Positions 37,910 through 48,749 are shown, counted from the stretch's first letter. The stretch is DNA of 64,000 bases from Patescibacteria group bacterium (GCA_038064475.1 JBBTTA010000001.1:111086-175085), one strand, 5' to 3'. Program-made: numbers and translations. Notes: generated from the sequence alone by a model not told the origin.

Positions 37910-40640
37910 ACACTTCCTGATGTTTCGGTGTGGGCGCTGGTGCTTTCATTGATTTCGTGCGCGATGCTTTTCCTTTCTTCACAATTGTCATGATGAATTC
38001 GCGCTCGCCTTTTTCGTTTTCAGTCGGAGCAATATCAACAGACACTTTACCCCCTTCCAAAATTCCCTTCGATACCATAAGTTGTGCCACTTTCGTCAAA
38101 ATCTTGTCCTGAATAAGACGCTTCAATGGACGTGCGCCGTATGTTGGATTAAATCCTTTTTCAGCAAGATATTCAATCGTCGCAGGAGACACTTCAAGTT
38201 CAATCTCTTTTTCAGTAAGGCGCTTTGTGACATTCTTAATCTGAATTTCAACGATGCGTGCAATAGCTTCTTTCGGCAAAATATTGAAGACAAGAATTTC
38301 ATCAAGACGGTTCAAGAATTCTGGGCGGAACTGATCACGAAGTGCTTCCATAACTTTATCGCGAACGTTCATGTTTGATTGTTCATGTGCGTCTGACGAA
38401 CCAAATCCAATCGCATGCATGCGATCGAGGTACTGTGCACCAACATTTGATGTCATAATAACAACGGTATTTTTGAAATTCACAACGCGCCCTTTTGCGT
38501 CAGTCAAACGTCCATCATCCAATACCTGTAAGAGAACGTTGAAGACTTCGGGGTGTGCCTTTTCAATTTCATCAAAGAGAATCACGCTGTAGGGTCGGTG
38601 ACGAACGAGTTCTGTCATTGAACCACCTTCTTCGTGTCCGACATATCCCGGAGGCGCACCAATCACTTTTGACACCGAGTGGCGTTCCATGTATTCAGAC
38701 ATGTCGATGCGGATGAGTGCTTTCTCATCGTCAAACATAAATTCAGCAAGCGCTTTCGCAAGTTCAGTTTTACCAACACCGGTTGGACCAAGAAACATAA
38801 ATGACCCAATCGGACGATTAGGGTCTGCAATACCTGCGCGTGAACGCTTCACGGCATTTGCAATTTTTTCAACCGCTTCATCCTGACCAATGACACGCTC
38901 TTTCAAGACATCTTCCATACGTGAAAGTTTCTCCGCTTCGCTTTCAAGCATGCGTGCGACAGGAACACCCGTCCAACGTGCAACAATTTCAGCAATCTCT
39001 TGTTCAGTTACTTCTTCTTTCAAAATACGACGAGATTTTTGCAAACGTTTCAAACGAGCGTCTTTTGTCTGCAATTCTTTTTCAAGAGCAGGGATGTGGC
39101 CGTAACGAATTTCTGCAGCACGTGCAAGATCTGCTGTTGCTTCGGCAGCTTCAGCCTCGAGACGCTCGCGTTCAAGCGATTTCTTAATATCTTTAATTTC
39201 AGTTATCGTTCCTTTTTCGTTCTTCCATTTAAGTTCAATTTCACTGATTGTTTCCTTGAGGTCAGCAATCCCTTTTTCAATAGCTTTCGTACGTGTCTTT
39301 GCTTTTGCCGCCTTGTCGCTCTTGCCCGCTGCTTCGTTTTTCAAAGCCTCGCGTTCAATTTCAAGAAGCATAATGGCACGGTGCGTCTCTTCAAGAATTG
39401 GTGGCTTGTTTTCAAGCGAAATACGGAGTGCTGATGATGCTTCGTCGATAAGATCGACGGCTTTGTCAGGCAAAAATCGCTCACTGATGTAGCGGCTTGA
39501 AAGGTTTGCTGCGGCAATGAGTGCATCATCAGTGATTTTGACACCGTGGTACAACTCATACTTTTCTTTGAGACCTCGCAAAATAGCAACGGTATCCTCA
39601 ATCGATGGCTCGTTGATATAGACCGGTTGGAAGCGACGTGTGAGTGCGGGATCTTTTTCAATGTGACGCTGGAATTCTTTAAGCGTTGTTGCACCAATCG
39701 CGCGAAGCTCGCCGCGAGCGAGTGCGGGCTTCAACATGTTTGACGCATCCATTGCGCCGTCTGCGGCGCCCGCACCAACGATCGTATGAATCTCATCAAT
39801 GAAGAGAACAATTTTGCCATCTGCTTTTTCGATTTCCTTCACAATCGCTTTCAAACGTTCTTCAAATTCTCCACGATATTTTGTTCCGGCAATCAACGAA
39901 CCCAAATCGAGTGAAACGAGATCTCTGTCTTTGAGTGATTCAGGGATATCGCCTGATGCGATACGCTGTGCAAGCCCTTCGACGACTGCAGTTTTTCCGA
40001 CGCCAGCTTCACCAATCAAAATAGGATTGTTTTTTGTGCGACGAGAAAGAATTTGAATGATGCGATTGATTTCTTTATCGCGACCAATTACGGGATCGAG
40101 TTTATTTTCTTTTGCGAGGTGTGTGAGACTTCGTGTGTAGCGTGCAAGTGCGCGCGGCTTCTTTGTCGTACCATGTGCTTCGTGTGTCGCGTGCTTTTCG
40201 CGCAACTCTTTCAAGATGCGTGTGACGTTTTCTTTTTCAATCTTAAATCGTGACAACACATCACGTACGTCATCAGACGCTTCAAGTGCAGCAATAAAGA
40301 GGTGCTCGGTTGAAATAAACTGGTCAGAGAATGACGACGCAACTTGTGCTGATGCTTCAAGAGACTTCGCCAATTCCTGCGTCAAATACATTTGGTATGA
40401 CGGTGCAATCATGGGACCGTTTTCAGGTGCCTCAATTGCTTCAAGGAGTGCGTCGGTAAGAGAAATCGTATCGACTTCGAGTTTGTCCAAAATAGACGCA
40501 ACCATTGATTCTTCCTGCAAAATCAACGCCGTGACGAGGTGTACGACGTTTACATTGCTCTGACCACGCTCTATAGCGAGTTCATGAGCTTTTTTGATGG
40601 CCTCTTTGGCCTTTGTAGTGAAGTTTTTAAATGGAGGCAT
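37908..40640 (-). CDS. clpB: AAA+ chaperone ClpB
   Basis: Two AAA modules ([16 protein letters not shown]), long M-domain with AAEIRYG. Confidence 0.93.
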   Translation of the reverse strand: MPPFKNFTTKAKEAIKKAHELAIERGQSNVNVVHLVTALILQEESMVASILDKLEVDTISLTDALLEAIEAPENGPMIAPSYQMYLTQELAKSLEASAQVASSFSDQFISTEHLFIAALEASDDVRDVLSRFKIEKENVTRILKELREKHATHEAHGTTKKPRALARYTRSLTHLAKENKLDPVIGRDKEINRIIQILSRRTKNNPILIGEAGVGKTAVVEGLAQRIASGDIPESLKDRDLVSLDLGSLIAGTKYRGEFEERLKAIVKEIEKADGKIVLFIDEIHTIVGAGAADGAMDASNMLKPALARGELRAIGATTLKEFQRHIEKDPALTRRFQPVYINEPSIEDTVAILRGLKEKYELYHGVKITDDALIAAANLSSRYISERFLPDKAVDLIDEASSALRISLENKPPILEETHRAIMLLEIEREALKNEAAGKSDKAAKAKTRTKAIEKGIADLKETISEIELKWKNEKGTITEIKDIKKSLERERLEAEAAEATADLARAAEIRYGHIPALEKELQTKDARLKRLQKSRRILKEEVTEQEIAEIVARWTGVPVARMLESEAEKLSRMEDVLKERVIGQDEAVEKIANAVKRSRAGIADPNRPIGSFMFLGPTGVGKTELAKALAEFMFDDEKALIRIDMSEYMERHSVSKVIGAPPGYVGHEEGGSMTELVRHRPYSVILFDEIEKAHPEVFNVLLQVLDDGRLTDAKGRVVNFKNTVVIMTSNVGAQYLDRMHAIGFGSSDAHEQSNMNVRDKVMEALRDQFRPEFLNRLDEILVFNILPKEAIARIVEIQIKNVTKRLTEKEIELEVSPATIEYLAEKGFNPTYGARPLKRLIQDKILTKVAQLMVSKGILEGGKVSVDIAPTENEKGEREFIMTIVKKGKASRTKSMKAPAPTPKHQEV

Positions 40641-40695
40641 ATTGGTGAATATACGCTTCTAAAAATATACTACATTAATCGGCTTCGGTCAATCC

Positions 40696-41445
40696 TTACT
40701 GAACGATCGGCGCAAACGTCATATCGCTACCGTTTGCAATGAGTCCCACCACCCTGCCTTCTATATCAACAAGTGGGCTCCCTGGTACTAAACTCCCTCC
40801 CGACACTCCCGCACGAACCAGTGGTCCTCCCTCCGTTTCAGGTATAAGTTCAGCAACAATGCCTGCAGATACCGTTAATGAGGCCCCCCCACCGACTGCA
40901 ATGACTGTTTCTCCCAACACAAGCGTTGTAAAAGCTGAGAATGATGCGGGTAAAAGTGTCGCAACATCTAAGTCTTCGCGTGACTGCATTTTCAAGGTGC
41001 CCTGACCATCGTTTTGTGACGCGAGCACGGTTGCAGAAATTTCTCGAGTATCGTTGAGAACAACGACATATCGGTTTCGCTCATTGAGCGCGTTCGCCGT
41101 CATCACGGTGCCTTGTGTGTCCGTGATAATACCAAGCGCTACAAATTGTTTTATGTCGTTACTCTGAACACGATACACACGCACAATTGATGGCAATGCC
41201 TTTTCGATAGCTTGAGAAATAAGCTCACCTTCACGCACAATGACCGTCGTCTCCTGTTCTGTAGCAGAACCTTGAATAATCGTTTCGATTGGTTGTTCAA
41301 TGATGCGGCTGATGACACGTGTGATGTCTGCGGGCGCTTTTTCTATCAACGACACGGTAACAATGCCCGTCGCAACTGAGGTGACAAACGAGATAAGAAG
41401 TGTAAGAAGAATTGCTTGATTAGGAGTGAGCTTCTCAAGTTCCAT
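40696..41445 (-). CDS. trypsin/HtrA-like fold protein lacking catalytic residues
   Basis: LGETVIAVG..VSAGIV..GSPLVDIEGRVVG; no TNxH or GNSGG. Confidence 0.65.
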   Translation of the reverse strand: MELEKLTPNQAILLTLLISFVTSVATGIVTVSLIEKAPADITRVISRIIEQPIETIIQGSATEQETTVIVREGELISQAIEKALPSIVRVYRVQSNDIKQFVALGIITDTQGTVMTANALNERNRYVVVLNDTREISATVLASQNDGQGTLKMQSREDLDVATLLPASFSAFTTLVLGETVIAVGGGASLTVSAGIVAELIPETEGGPLVRAGVSGGSLVPGSPLVDIEGRVVGLIANGSDMTFAPIVQ

Positions 41446-41470
41446 AGAATGCTAGTATACCACAAGTACG

Positions 41471-42637
41471 TTATGAAATGATGTCAGACAAGACGCTCAT
41501 AAGTACGTCAATATCTTCACGTGTTGTGCTGTATCCAAATGAAAAACGAATCGTATTATTTGCATGCTCGCGATCAAATGCAGCGATGACATATGAACCT
41601 TCTCCCCCACCTGAAAGACATGCACTCTTCGCAGATGCAGCAATACCGTGTTCACTCAGCTGTGCAACAAGAAATTCTCCTTCAGATCCTGGAAATGTTA
41701 CGTTAACAATTCCCCCTGCGCATTCTGTTTTTTCTCCATTCACAATACACTCAGAAAATCGTTCGTGAATTCTTTTAATCAAATATGTCGAGAGTGCATT
41801 GAAATGCAACGCTGTTTCTTCGTAACGTTTCTGTGCGAGTGTTAACGCTTTTTCTAAGCCAACAATTGCTCCTGTGTTTGGTGTTGCACCTTCATAACCA
41901 GAACGCCCATGAAGCACGCCACAGAGCCCCACATAGGGCACACCAGTACGAACAAAGAGTAGTCCTGAACCAGCAGGACCGTACATCTTGTATGCATCTA
42001 GCGTTACAAGATCCGCGCCGAGCTTTTTCATATCGAGACGTATCGTCAATGGCGCCTGTGTTGCGTCGGTGTGCAGAAGTGGTGTCTGTCCGTGGCTTGT
42101 TTTCCGTTTTTCTCGAATGATTTTTGCAATCTCTTCAATTGGTTGTACCGTACCGATTTCATTATTCACCAACATCACCGAGACAAGCACGGTGTTGTCT
42201 TGAATAAGTTCTTGTAGTTTTGTTACATCAACAACACCTTCTGTGGTAACTGGTGCAAAAGAAACAGAGAGTCCGCGTCGCGCGAACATTTCTGCACATG
42301 CGCGCACTGATGAATGCTCCAACATCGAGACAACAACATGCATGTTTGAAAGTTCGCGGCCAGAGTCCTGAAGAGCGTTTACAACACCCCACAATGCCCG
42401 CATGTTTGCGTCTGTGCCGCCCGATGTGAAATACAGTTCGTCTTGAGACGCGTTCAAAAGTTTTCCAATTGAAGCGCGCGCTTCTTCAATCACTTCTTTG
42501 TTTGCAACACCGTCACGATGGAGCGCACGGGGGTTCGCAAATCGTTCACGGAAAAAAGGCTGCATTGCCGCATCAACATCTCCATGCAGTGGTGTTCCCG
42601 AAGCGTAGTCGAGATAGATGACTGGTCGCTCTTTCAT
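41471..42637 (-). CDS. iscS: cysteine desulfurase (IscS/NifS type)
   Basis: IYLDYASGTP, FTSGGT, VNNEIG, K in AYKMYGP, SAC; start at MKERPV. Confidence 0.88.
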   Translation of the reverse strand: MKERPVIYLDYASGTPLHGDVDAAMQPFFRERFANPRALHRDGVANKEVIEEARASIGKLLNASQDELYFTSGGTDANMRALWGVVNALQDSGRELSNMHVVVSMLEHSSVRACAEMFARRGLSVSFAPVTTEGVVDVTKLQELIQDNTVLVSVMLVNNEIGTVQPIEEIAKIIREKRKTSHGQTPLLHTDATQAPLTIRLDMKKLGADLVTLDAYKMYGPAGSGLLFVRTGVPYVGLCGVLHGRSGYEGATPNTGAIVGLEKALTLAQKRYEETALHFNALSTYLIKRIHERFSECIVNGEKTECAGGIVNVTFPGSEGEFLVAQLSEHGIAASAKSACLSGGGEGSYVIAAFDREHANNTIRFSFGYSTTREDIDVLMSVLSDIIS

Positions 42638-42741
42638 ACACGCATTGTAATGCGAAACACTCAGCCCCGCACTTGGTATTTTTGATATTTTATTGTATAG
42701 TAAGAGTCCTATGACCTCGGCAACGGTCGGATATACACCAT

Positions 42742-44238
42742 ATGACAACGTCTCACGAAAAATCGTCGCGCCCACCTGTCCTTGTCGTGCTTGGTCACGT
42801 TGACCACGGTAAGTCCAGCCTCCTTGATTACGTTCGCAAATCAAACATCGTCGCGGGTGAAGCGGGTGGTATTACCCAACACACAGCTGCCTACGAAGTT
42901 GTTCATAAAGATTCGTCAAAAAAAGACCAGAAAATAACGTTCATCGACACACCTGGCCACGAAGCATTCGGCGCACAACGAAAGCGTGGCGCCGCTTTGG
43001 CTGATATTGCAGTTCTTGTTGTATCCGCAGAAGACGGTGTGAAGGCACAAACAAAAGACGCCCTTTCTGCAATCATTGCGTCAAACATTCCCTACATCGT
43101 TGCAATCAATAAAATCGATTTGCCTGCGGCAAATGTTGAACGAACACTCGGCACGCTTCTTGAAAATGAAATCTACGTTGAAGGACGTGGCGGTACTGTT
43201 CCCTTCGTTCCGATAAGTGCAAAAACTGGTGAAGGCGTTCCTGAACTCCTTGATATGGTGTTGCTCTTGGCCGAGGTGAATCAATACACAGGTGAAGCGA
43301 AAAAGCTTGCCGAAGGTATCATTGTCGAATCACATCGCGATCCGAAGCGTGGTATCTCTGCAACATTCATTATTCGTGAAGGAACGCTCGATGTTGGTAT
43401 GGCAGTTGCTTCAAGCGGTGCGTACGCTCCTGTACGCAGTATTCTCGATCACACAGGTGTTCAACTTAAGACTGCAACCATGTGTGCGCCGGTGACGGTG
43501 GTCGGCTGGAGTGCATTGCCTTCAGTTGGTGAGATTGTTGTCTCGTTTGAAAAGAAGAAAGACGCTGAAAGCTATGCGGACGAACACCGCATCTCCCCTG
43601 TTGCACAAACTGCCGCATCTGAAGATGCAGACATGGCAATCCTCCCTATCATCATCAAAGCAGACGTAATGGGTTCTCTCGATGCTCTTCGACACGAAAT
43701 CAATAAAATTAAAGATGATCGACTCACTATTAAAATCATCAGTGCTGATGTGGGTGCGATTGGCGAAAATGATATTAAACGCGCTGGTGGTGATGCGCGA
43801 ACCGTTATTCTTGGCTTCAACACATCAATTGAAGACAGCACGCGAGAACAAGCGGAACGTGCAGGCATTGAAATTCACACAGAAACAATCATCTACAAAC
43901 TTGGTGAATGGCTCACCGAGCTCATGCAAACTCGCCGTCCAAAACAAATGGAAGAAGTGGTGCATGGCAAAGCAAAACTCTTGCGTATCTTTAGTAAGTT
44001 ACGTACGAAGCAAGTGATCGGTGCGCGTGTTGATGATGGTGCGATCGGACTTGGTGATACCGTAACCATTCTCCGCCGAGGGGAGCCAATTGGTCACGGA
44101 AAAATTATTGAGCTCCAGAAAAATCGAAATAATGTAAAAGAAGTTGAGCAAGGTTCTGAATTCGGTGCAAAGATTGATAGCAGTGTTGAAGTTGCGGTCG
44201 GAGATGAGTTGTCAGCATTTACTCACATTGAGCAATAA
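42742..44238 (+). CDS. infB: translation initiation factor IF-2 (short, lacks N-terminal domains)
   Basis: [30 protein letters not shown] and KADVMGS motifs. Confidence 0.96.
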   Translation: MTTSHEKSSRPPVLVVLGHVDHGKSSLLDYVRKSNIVAGEAGGITQHTAAYEVVHKDSSKKDQKITFIDTPGHEAFGAQRKRGAALADIAVLVVSAEDGVKAQTKDALSAIIASNIPYIVAINKIDLPAANVERTLGTLLENEIYVEGRGGTVPFVPISAKTGEGVPELLDMVLLLAEVNQYTGEAKKLAEGIIVESHRDPKRGISATFIIREGTLDVGMAVASSGAYAPVRSILDHTGVQLKTATMCAPVTVVGWSALPSVGEIVVSFEKKKDAESYADEHRISPVAQTAASEDADMAILPIIIKADVMGSLDALRHEINKIKDDRLTIKIISADVGAIGENDIKRAGGDARTVILGFNTSIEDSTREQAERAGIEIHTETIIYKLGEWLTELMQTRRPKQMEEVVHGKAKLLRIFSKLRTKQVIGARVDDGAIGLGDTVTILRRGEPIGHGKIIELQKNRNNVKEVEQGSEFGAKIDSSVEVAVGDELSAFTHIEQ

Positions 44239-44239
44239 T

Positions 44240-44554
44240 ATGCACGAAGGAACACGAGAAGAAACATTTGCGCATCTTGCTGCAGAGTTTATCAATCGAG
44301 AATCAAACCGCGAATCACTTATTACCGTCACGCGCGTGATGTCGTCAACGGACAGCAAACGTGCTGATGTCTACATCACTGTACTCCCTGACACACGCGT
44401 TCCTGAGGCCCTCGACTTTTTGAAACGTAAACGAAGTGAGTTCCGTGAATTCGTAAAAACACATACGCGCGGACGTTCAGTTCCAACATTTGATTTTGTG
44501 TTTGATGTTGGTGAAAAAAACCGACAAGAAATCGAAGCATTGTCACAACATTGA
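44240..44554 (+). CDS. rbfA: ribosome-binding factor A
   Basis: Follows infB; ITVTRV..S.D...ADVY..VP.FDF.FD pattern. Confidence 0.88.
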   Translation: MHEGTREETFAHLAAEFINRESNRESLITVTRVMSSTDSKRADVYITVLPDTRVPEALDFLKRKRSEFREFVKTHTRGRSVPTFDFVFDVGEKNRQEIEALSQH

Positions 44555-44625
44555 GGCACGGGCGGGAATCGAACCCGCGCATGACGGTTTTGCAGACCGT
44601 AGTGTTACCACTTCACCACCGTGCC
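44554..44625 (-). tRNA. tRNA-Cys(GCA)
   Basis: GGCACGG/CCGTGCC, ACGGT-CTGCAAA-ACCGT, U73. Confidence 0.95.
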
Positions 44626-44670
44626 ATGATTGTGTACAGAGTATCTCTATTTTGGTATTTTGGGAAGCAA

Positions 44671-44753
44671 GCTGGGGTGGCGAAATGGTATACGCGACAG
44701 ACTTAAGATCTGTTGTCCGCAAGGACGTGAGGGTTCGATCCCCTCTCCCAGCA
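44671..44753 (+). tRNA. tRNA-Leu(TAA)
   Basis: GCTGGGG/TCCCAGC, ACAGA-CTTAAGA-TCTGT, long variable arm. Confidence 0.95.
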
Positions 44754-44760
44754 CTAAAAT

Positions 44761-44919
44761 TGTTGAGACGAACACATGTGTTCGTCGATTACTATTTTTG
44801 CTGGGAGAGGGGATCGAAGGCGAGTGCGGGCGCCTTGTCAGCAGACAAGGTCGCATGAGCAGGACTGAGAGGAATGAGGAGCGACGGCGACGAATGAGCT
44901 CTTGGTCTGAGCCCCTCTC
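44761..44919 (+). repeat. tRNA-linked element B
   Basis: 44799-44818 is the exact reverse complement of tRNA 44734-44753; same body as element A. Confidence 0.85.
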
Positions 44920-44968
44920 TTAAAATATAAATTGCGAATAGAGCGTTATTTTAGTAGGATACAAACAC

Positions 44969-45040
44969 CCATCCGTAGCTCAATGGTAGAGCAGCTCCCT
45001 CTTAAGGAGTTGGTTGTAGGTTCGACTCCTACCGGGTGGA
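44969..45040 (+). tRNA. tRNA-Lys(CTT)
   Basis: CCATCCG/CGGGTGG, GCTCC-CTCTTAA-GGAGT, GTAGGTTCGACTCCTAC. Confidence 0.92.
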
Positions 45041-45130
45041 CTTTCAAAGAAAGTCCTGCATATTAGAGTGTGCGGAGCACATTCTACTCCGGCAAGCTTT
45101 GCCTGATTCGCGTTCTGACGCGACAAAGCT

Positions 45131-45224
45131 TACCGGGTGGACAAGTGAGCCGGTATCGATGAGCTTGCTTATCGGAAACGGCGAGCGCGGACACTCGGTA
45201 TCCTATACCGGGTGGACAAGTGAG
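45131..45224 (+). repeat. 19-nt direct repeat TACCGGGTGGACAAGTGAG (x2) beginning with the tRNA-Lys 3' end
   Basis: Copies start at 45131 and 45206; the first 12 nt equal 45030-45041. Confidence 0.85.
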
Positions 45225-45246
45225 TTTTAGTCGCCTGCTCACGTTC

Positions 45247-45328
45247 GGGCGAGTGGCGAAATTGGTAGACGCGCCAGCCTTAGGAGCTGGTGGAGCAATC
45301 CTTGGAGGTTCGAGTCCTCTCTCGCCCA
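45247..45328 (+). tRNA. tRNA-Leu(TAG)
   Basis: GGGCGAG/CTCGCCC, CCAGC-CTTAGGA-GCTGG, long variable arm. Confidence 0.95.
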
Positions 45329-45494
45329 CACATACAAAAACAACGCCAGTTTATTGGCGTTGTTTTTGTATGTGCTGACGAAAACGAGAGAGGACTCGAA
45401 GGACGGAGCGGTGTTGCAGAAGCTTCTGCAACCGCGAGTCCGTGCCTAGCCCGAACCGAGCGACGGCGAGGTGAGAGGCGAAGGAGAGTCCTCT
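45329..45494 (+). repeat. tRNA-linked element C (divergent)
   Basis: 45385-45400 is the reverse complement of tRNA 45309-45324; GAGCGACGGCGA core; ends in GAGTCCTCT. Confidence 0.75.
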
Positions 45495-45538
45495 TCCCTT
45501 TCAAGCCCCTGTTAAGCCTTTATTTTTGGCCATATAGC

Positions 45539-45566
45539 TTGACTTTTTGGGTGAAAGTGCTATAAT
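45539..45566 (+). promoter_or_regulatory. sigma70 promoter
   Basis: TTGACT-16-TATAAT with TG extension. Confidence 0.7.
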
Positions 45567-45656
45567 CGTCGGCAGAGTTGGGAACGTGTGTTCCCTAAAG
45601 TTCTTCGTCAACCTAGAGTCAAAACAAACTTCCCTATTGGGAAAGGAGATACAAAA

Positions 45657-46757
45657 ATGCTCATCTGGTTCGCAATCGTAGTGCTTTTCGTAATCCTCGT
45701 CATCCTTGCCGGAAAACTCGGCTGGTTCATGACCGAGGTTCCCGAGGGCTCTATGAAGTTCGTAAAAGCTGGTGAGGATTACGTCCGTACAATCCTCAAC
45801 ATCAAGAACAAGACGATGGTCAGGAAGTTTGATCCAGCAACTGGAGTCGAAGAAGAAGTCATCGAAACTGGATTCAATCCACTGTCTTTGTCTCCTCTTC
45901 GTGTATTCGGTTTTCACTGGATCAGTTGGATGTGGCCTCTTCGGCGTCTGCATCGGTTTTCTTTGACTACGAACATTCTCATTACGGAAACCGAACAGGG
46001 TCAAAAGAAACTCCACGAGTGGGTGCAGACCAAGCCACACGACAACACCGACCGACTTGGTCTCATGATCCGATCATACTTCTTTTTGAAGGGGGTCGAG
46101 CTCAAGGGGCAGTTCAAGGTAGACGTCGTTGTGTTCGCTCTCATGGAGATCGTCAACCCGCGTCTTGCAGTCTTCGTGTACAATGCTGACTTCGTCAAGA
46201 TCTTGGGACCAGCAATCCTTTCTGGATATGCTGACAATGCCAAGACCAAAGACATCGTCCAGTTCACGAACCTGAAGAAAGGACGTGGGAGTAAGTTCGC
46301 ACAAGATGTTTGTGAGTATGTAAATACAGGCCGCAGAAGTAAGGTCGCAACCGAGAAAATCGAAAACGTATACGGCGTTCGACTTGTCGAGACGTTTGTA
46401 TACGAGTTCGACCAAGCAGATGCTGATCCCGAGGCTCTCAAGGCCGCACAGGCTCAGAAAGTTGCCGAGCTCCAAGCAAAGGCAACTATCACAAGAGCAA
46501 CGGGTCAAGCTGAAGCTCGAGTGATCGAAGCCAATGCAAAAGCCACCGAGCTCTCGTCGAACGTCAAAGCACTCGTCGAGGTTGGGGTTGATCCCAACGA
46601 AGCGATGCGTAGTTACGCGACCATCCGTTCGACAGAGAATGTTCCAAACCTTCAGACGTGGGTGCAAGGTGGCGGTGTGGTTCCGACAGTTTCTGTTGGC
46701 AATCCCACTTCCCCTTCCCCTTCGTCCAAGAACAAACCCAAGGAGACTCCCTCATGA
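45657..46757 (+). CDS. SPFH/band-7 domain membrane protein
   Basis: N-terminal TM, VPEG..K.V..GE, YGVRL, AKATITRATGQAEARVIEA coiled coil; SD AAGGAG. Confidence 0.72.
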   Translation: MLIWFAIVVLFVILVILAGKLGWFMTEVPEGSMKFVKAGEDYVRTILNIKNKTMVRKFDPATGVEEEVIETGFNPLSLSPLRVFGFHWISWMWPLRRLHRFSLTTNILITETEQGQKKLHEWVQTKPHDNTDRLGLMIRSYFFLKGVELKGQFKVDVVVFALMEIVNPRLAVFVYNADFVKILGPAILSGYADNAKTKDIVQFTNLKKGRGSKFAQDVCEYVNTGRRSKVATEKIENVYGVRLVETFVYEFDQADADPEALKAAQAQKVAELQAKATITRATGQAEARVIEANAKATELSSNVKALVEVGVDPNEAMRSYATIRSTENVPNLQTWVQGGGVVPTVSVGNPTSPSPSSKNKPKETPS

Positions 46758-47815
46758 TGAAGCGATTTTTGTTTCGTGCGAAGCGTTTCGCACGCAAGTG
46801 CGATATCAGGCTTCGTCGGAGGTTTCGTTCATTCGCAACCTTCGTCACGGTTCAGCGACGACGTGTTGGTTCTCACCTTCGCGTCGTGGTTTGGCCGAGG
46901 CTCAAGCTTCGACTGAACCAATTCAGTGTCCTTCTCATCACGAGAGGTATCGTACCTATCAAGGCACACTACCTGAAACATCGACTGATGGTTGTGACTG
47001 CCTTTAAGTTCGTGCTGAAAATCACTGCGGTCATCGTAGTGCTTCTCATAGCACGCGCACAGGGGCTCTTCGGAGAGAGCCTTTCTTTGAGGGAGTATCG
47101 GTGGTGGATCCTTGGAGTGCTTGTTGCACTCTGTGTGGTTCTACTTTCCGTGCTCCTATATCGGAAAGGGGTTCGCCTCAAGAAGTTTTCACTTCCGGGT
47201 TCTGTGGGTGAGAGGTTCAGCTTCAAAGGCTTCCTCAAACTTGCTCTGCTTGTGTTCGTGATCTTCTTCTTCAAGGATGTCATCGTAGCTACGGCTGCGG
47301 GCATCTGGAGCATTCGTCCCACCGACGAGAATATCGCTCGTTGGGAGAAGGACAAGCGTGCTGCTGAAGAAGCGACACGCAAAGCTCGCAGAACGGATTG
47401 GCCGTGCACATACGACCTCTCGGAGTACGGCGGGAAGCACGTCGCTAACCACGACGCGAAGTTCCTCAAGCCGGACGATGGAGAGGCGTGGAAGGTCTGT
47501 TTCTATGACCGACGCAAGCCCGAGCCCCTCTCCAACCAGCAGTTGAATAACTTCTGGAAGGACACCTTCCCTACACTCGTCGGAGATTCTGCTGGCTGGG
47601 ATGTAATCGTGATCAAAAACCGTGACTTCAACACGAAGACGTGTATGGTCCGGGACAAGCACAACAACGCATACTACCGACAGCAGTTTCCGAAGGAGTC
47701 TGGCGAGGTTTCGATCGACATGGTCGACGAGTCTCGCCGGCTCGTCATCGGCGGGGACAGCAAGGAAGAGGCCGAGTCGGGTAAAATCCCGCAAGTGTTC
47801 ACAATTTCCTGTTAG
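46754..47815 (+). CDS. hypothetical multi-TM protein with Cys-containing C-terminal domain
   Basis: SD AAGGAG, ATGA overlap with the SPFH gene, Arg-rich N-terminus, 3 TM segments. Confidence 0.7.
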   Translation: MMKRFLFRAKRFARKCDIRLRRRFRSFATFVTVQRRRVGSHLRVVVWPRLKLRLNQFSVLLITRGIVPIKAHYLKHRLMVVTAFKFVLKITAVIVVLLIARAQGLFGESLSLREYRWWILGVLVALCVVLLSVLLYRKGVRLKKFSLPGSVGERFSFKGFLKLALLVFVIFFFKDVIVATAAGIWSIRPTDENIARWEKDKRAAEEATRKARRTDWPCTYDLSEYGGKHVANHDAKFLKPDDGEAWKVCFYDRRKPEPLSNQQLNNFWKDTFPTLVGDSAGWDVIVIKNRDFNTKTCMVRDKHNNAYYRQQFPKESGEVSIDMVDESRRLVIGGDSKEEAESGKIPQVFTISC

Positions 47816-47833
47816 ACTCAAGGTTGAAATTCC

Positions 47834-47870
47834 AGAGGCGACGCCACAAGCGTCGCCTCTTTTCTTTTTT
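47834..47870 (+). terminator. intrinsic terminator
   Basis: AGAGGCGACGC-CACAA-GCGTCGCCTCT followed by a T-rich tail. Confidence 0.8.
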
Positions 47871-47968
47871 ATACATAACAAAACACCCCCTACACACCAC
47901 CATAGTGGTGTCGGGCGAACAAAAACCACCAGTAGGTGGTTTTTGTTTTAGCCGGCAAGTTTTTGTTT

Positions 47969-48277
47969 TTAGATTCCGCCTTCAACTTGCGGCTCTATCT
48001 GTTCGTTTATTGAAGGTAGAGGCTCGTTACTTCCTATAGTCCCATGAATGATACGGATGATGCCAAACACTGACACCATGATGACCATGCCAATGATTCC
48101 ATAAAGCATATTCCTCTTCCCTGTTGCACGCTCACCTTCGTCATCAACATTCTTTATGAACTGGAATATTCCGTAAATGAAGAGGAGAAATGCAACAGCA
48201 AAAAGCAACATGATGACCGGACGCACGATGACATCATACAGTCGCGTCAAAAGTCCATTAACGGTCATTGGCTCCAT
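47969..48277 (-). CDS. VirB2/TrbC-like pilin
   Basis: Two TM helices joined by the ERATGKRNMLYGIIG linker. Confidence 0.75.
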   Translation of the reverse strand: MEPMTVNGLLTRLYDVIVRPVIMLLFAVAFLLFIYGIFQFIKNVDDEGERATGKRNMLYGIIGMVIMVSVFGIIRIIHGTIGSNEPLPSINEQIEPQVEGGI

Positions 48278-48291
48278 GAACTGAAATATAG

Positions 48292-48642
48292 TTAGTTTCC
48301 TTCAACACCAGGAACTGGTAGTGACCCACCTTGATCAACACCAACCGCGTCACCAATCCATCGGATGATACCAACGATAGAAACGATAACGAAGAGTGCA
48401 ATGATACCTCCGATCATGAGGTTTTTACCTTGTTCTTTTGCTTCGTCACTACCTGAAGCGAAGATAAACTTCACCAAACCCCAGAAGAAAACAAGGAGAG
48501 CGATACCGACAACGATAGGTGTTGCAAGATCAACCAACCGGCCGATCGCTTCAACAATGTTCTCCACATTACCCAACTGTGCGTGTGCAAATGCTGGCAC
48601 AAATGCCGCAGCCGCAAGCGCGATAAGACCAATTCTTTTCAT
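48292..48642 (-). CDS. VirB2/TrbC-like pilin
   Basis: Signal AHA-Q; FFWGLVKFI...AKEQGKNLMIGGII. Confidence 0.78.
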   Translation of the reverse strand: MKRIGLIALAAAAFVPAFAHAQLGNVENIVEAIGRLVDLATPIVVGIALLVFFWGLVKFIFASGSDEAKEQGKNLMIGGIIALFVIVSIVGIIRWIGDAVGVDQGGSLPVPGVEGN

Positions 48643-48749
48643 ACGTGTAAATATCTAGTTTTTAAACCTATAGGCCTTCGAAAGAAAGCTATGTATCCAT
48701 TATACCCTGCCCTGTGTGTGAGCAAGGACGCTATACACAGATGGGGAAA

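Noticed and set aside
42638-42844. N-terminal extension of iscS overlapping infB (likewise the track starts of dprA 15184, serS 15485, 19363, 58252, 45588, 46658)
   Set aside because: Longest-ORF artefacts; internal ATGs have better promoter/SD context and match where each family normally starts
45045-45060. RNase P GAAAGTCC motif
   Set aside because: It is the 3' arm of a GGACTTTC/GAAAGTCC hairpin right after tRNA-Lys
45030-45224. CRISPR array
   Set aside because: Only two 19-nt repeats, irregular long spacers, tRNA-derived sequence, no cas genes
44490-45565. Several short ORFs in the tRNA cluster (also 21833-22142 and 9033-9545)
   Set aside because: They overlap tRNAs and repeat elements and have no coding features
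47189-47929. 246-aa minus-strand ORF
   Set aside because: Antisense shadow of a GC3-rich gene; crosses the terminator
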